64,000 nucleotides of DNA, taken from NCBI RefSeq assembly GCF_018350175.1, contig NC_058368.1, forward strand, positions 92,320,001 to 92,384,000, read 5' to 3'. Made by a program: the position numbers and the translations under genes. The stretch's first letter is position 1; each line of letters begins with the position of its first letter. The notes beneath the pieces were generated by a model. The model worked only from the letters and a program-made list of their open reading frames with translations. It did no database searches and was not told where the DNA came from. The stretch is from Felis catus (taxonomy: Eukaryota). This document shows positions 62,148 through 64,000 of this stretch, piece by piece.

Positions 62148-62363
62148 GGGGGCACCAGGGTGGGTCAGTTGGTTGAGCATCCGACTTCAGCTCAGGTCAC
62201 AATCTCCTACTCCGTGAGTTCGAGCCCCACGTCGGGCTCTGTGCTGACAGCTCAGAGCCTGGCGCCTGCTTTGAATTCTGTGTCTTCCTCTCTCTCTGCC
62301 CTTCCCCCGCTCATGCTCTGTCTCACTCTCTCAAAAATAAATCTAGAAAAAAAATTAAAAAAA
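62148..62363 (+). mobile_element. Can-SINE (stack copy 2)
   Basis: SINE motifs; followed by aaaatacagaatga. Confidence 0.94.
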
Positions 62364-62374
62364 ATACAGAATGA

Positions 62375-62774
62375 GGAGCACCTGGGTGGCTCCATTGGTT
62401 GTGTGTCTGCCTCTTGATTTCGACTCAGGTCATGATCCCGGGGTTGTGGGATCAAGCCCTGCGCTCAGCGTGGAGCCTGCTTAAGATTCTTTCTCTCCAG
62501 GGGCGCCTGGGTGGCGCAGTCGGTTAAGCGTCCGACTTCAGCCAGGTCACGATCTCGCGGTCTGTGAGTTCAAGCCCTGCGTCAGGCTCTGGGCTGATGG
62601 CTCAGAGCCTGGAGCCTGCTTCGGATTCTGTGTCTCCTTCTCTCTCTGCCCCTCCCCCATTCATGCTCTGTCTCTCTCTGTCTCAAAAATAAATAAATGT
62701 TAAAAAAAAAAAAAAAAAAAAAGATTCTTTCTCTCCCTATGCCCCTCTCCCCCACTCGCACTCTCTCTGTCTAA

Positions 62775-62818
<44 letters not shown>

Positions 62819-62845
62819 TAAAAAATAAATAAAAATAAATATAAT
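62375..62845 (+). mobile_element. Older Can-SINE (stack copy 3) with (AAT)n tail, split by a nested SINE
   Basis: Head at 62375-62498, resumes at 62737. Confidence 0.9.
62500..62720 (+). mobile_element. Young Can-SINE nested in stack copy 3
   Basis: TSD aagattctttctctcc at 62483-62498 and 62721-62736. Confidence 0.96.
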
Positions 62846-63184
62846 AAAAATATAGAATCAACATTTTATTTCCTTCATACATTTTTTTCTTTCAGGTTAT
62901 TTCAATTAAACGTGTAGTAAGTAAGTGCATACTCACTGTTCAAAATTCTAACAATAGAGATGAGGTGAGATTTCCCCTTGACCCCTCTTCCCTGCTCACC
63001 TCCTCAGTCTGTTTCTTTTCAGGCACAATCACTGTCATCAGTGTAGTAAACATCCTTTCTGATCCATTTCTCTGAATATACATACACATATGCACACAGA
63101 GAAATACGTAATTTTGTTTTATATGTATTCTTACATGACTTAGGCCATTATCTGTGCTCTGGTCTGAAACTTACATTCTTCTTC

Positions 63185-63392
63185 TTTTTTTTTTTAAGTT
63201 TACTTATTTATTTTGAGAGGGACAGAGGTAGTGTGAGTGGGGGAGGGGCAGAGAGAGGGAGAATCCCAAGCAGGCTCTGGATGGTCAGTACGGAGCCCCA
63301 TGTGGGGCTGAAACTCATGTAACCTTGAGATTGCGACCTGAGCCAAAATCCAGAGTCAGTTGCGTAACTGACTGAGCCACCCAGGGACCCCC
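63185..63392 (-). mobile_element. Can-SINE
   Basis: SINE motifs; degenerate TSD ctgaaacttacattctt / ctgacacttgcattctt. Confidence 0.92.
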
Positions 63393-63783
63393 TGACACTT
63401 GCATTCTTTACTTAAAAATATGCTCTAGACATCTATCCATGTCGGTCAGGGTTGATCAAACTGGGTAATTGGAGGGGAGTTTGATACACAGAACTTGATG
63501 GCCAGGGTATAGGTAAAGCATAGGGCCTGAGATCATTGGTTGTGAGGGTACTGTTACTACTGCTAGATGAGGCGGGGGTATGGTGGGGAGGAGTTGTGGG
63601 GGTAGGAAGGATGGAAGCAGGAGGGCAGAAGGGAAAGAGAGAGAGAGGGACAGAGAGAAGTGTAGAATGGGCTGCTGGCAGGGCTGAGATGGTCAGTGGA
63701 GGGAGGCAGCCATTGTGTCTACACCAATCCCATAGAGAGGGACCAAGGGGAATAAAAATCCTTCCCTCCTGCTCCTCCCTCTC

Positions 63784-64000
63784 TGTGATGGATTAAATAT
63801 TTGTGTTGCTCCCAAATTCATGTTTGAAGCTCTCACCCCCTACCTAATGGTATTTGCAGGTGGGGCCTTTGGGAGGCAATTAGGTTTAATTGAGGGCATG
63901 AGGGTGGGACCCCCATGATGGGGTCAGGCCCACCTAAGAGGAGACATGAGGGGGGTTGCTCACTCTCTCTCCACACGCATGCACTGAGGGACAGGCCACA
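63784..64000 (+). mobile_element. MaLR LTR 5' part (MLT1A-like), runs off the window
   Basis: tgtgatggattaaat...cccaaattcatgtttgaag...ggtggggcctttgggagg...catgagggtggg. Confidence 0.85.

Noticed and set aside
1..64000. tRNA genes or a CRISPR-like array
   Set aside because: The tRNA-like A/B boxes are all SINE heads. The recurring repeats are dispersed, irregularly spaced retroposons, not a repeat-spacer array.

Overview
This is felid (cat-family) genomic DNA, identified by about 85 Can-SINE (SINEC_Fc-type, tRNA-derived) copies that cover roughly 28% of the window by my count. It reads as intronic or intergenic sequence. I found no intact protein-coding gene, RNA gene or CRISPR array, and nearly all ORFs in the supplied track are chance readings through SINEs. 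The only recognisable protein remnants are transposon-derived: L1 ORF2 (440-1800), L2 reverse transcriptase (about 45.2-45.4 kb) and an ERVL (class III endogenous retrovirus) provirus at 49.2-53.4 kb. The most unusual structure is that provirus: its 3' half (end of integrase, dUTPase, 3' LTR) is inverted relative to its 5' half, with the LTR terminus joined directly to the integrase core. Other points of interest are a four-SINE stack at one target site (61.9-62.9 kb), a CTCF-like motif in a CpG-retaining block (18.2 kb), a candidate promoter/first exon (34.9-35.7 kb) and candidate + strand exons (8991-9081, 37400-37488). Repeat family names are recalled from consensus sequences, not from a search, and most boundaries are approximate (about 10 bp for SINEs, more for old elements). 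I see no evidence for a new biological system.
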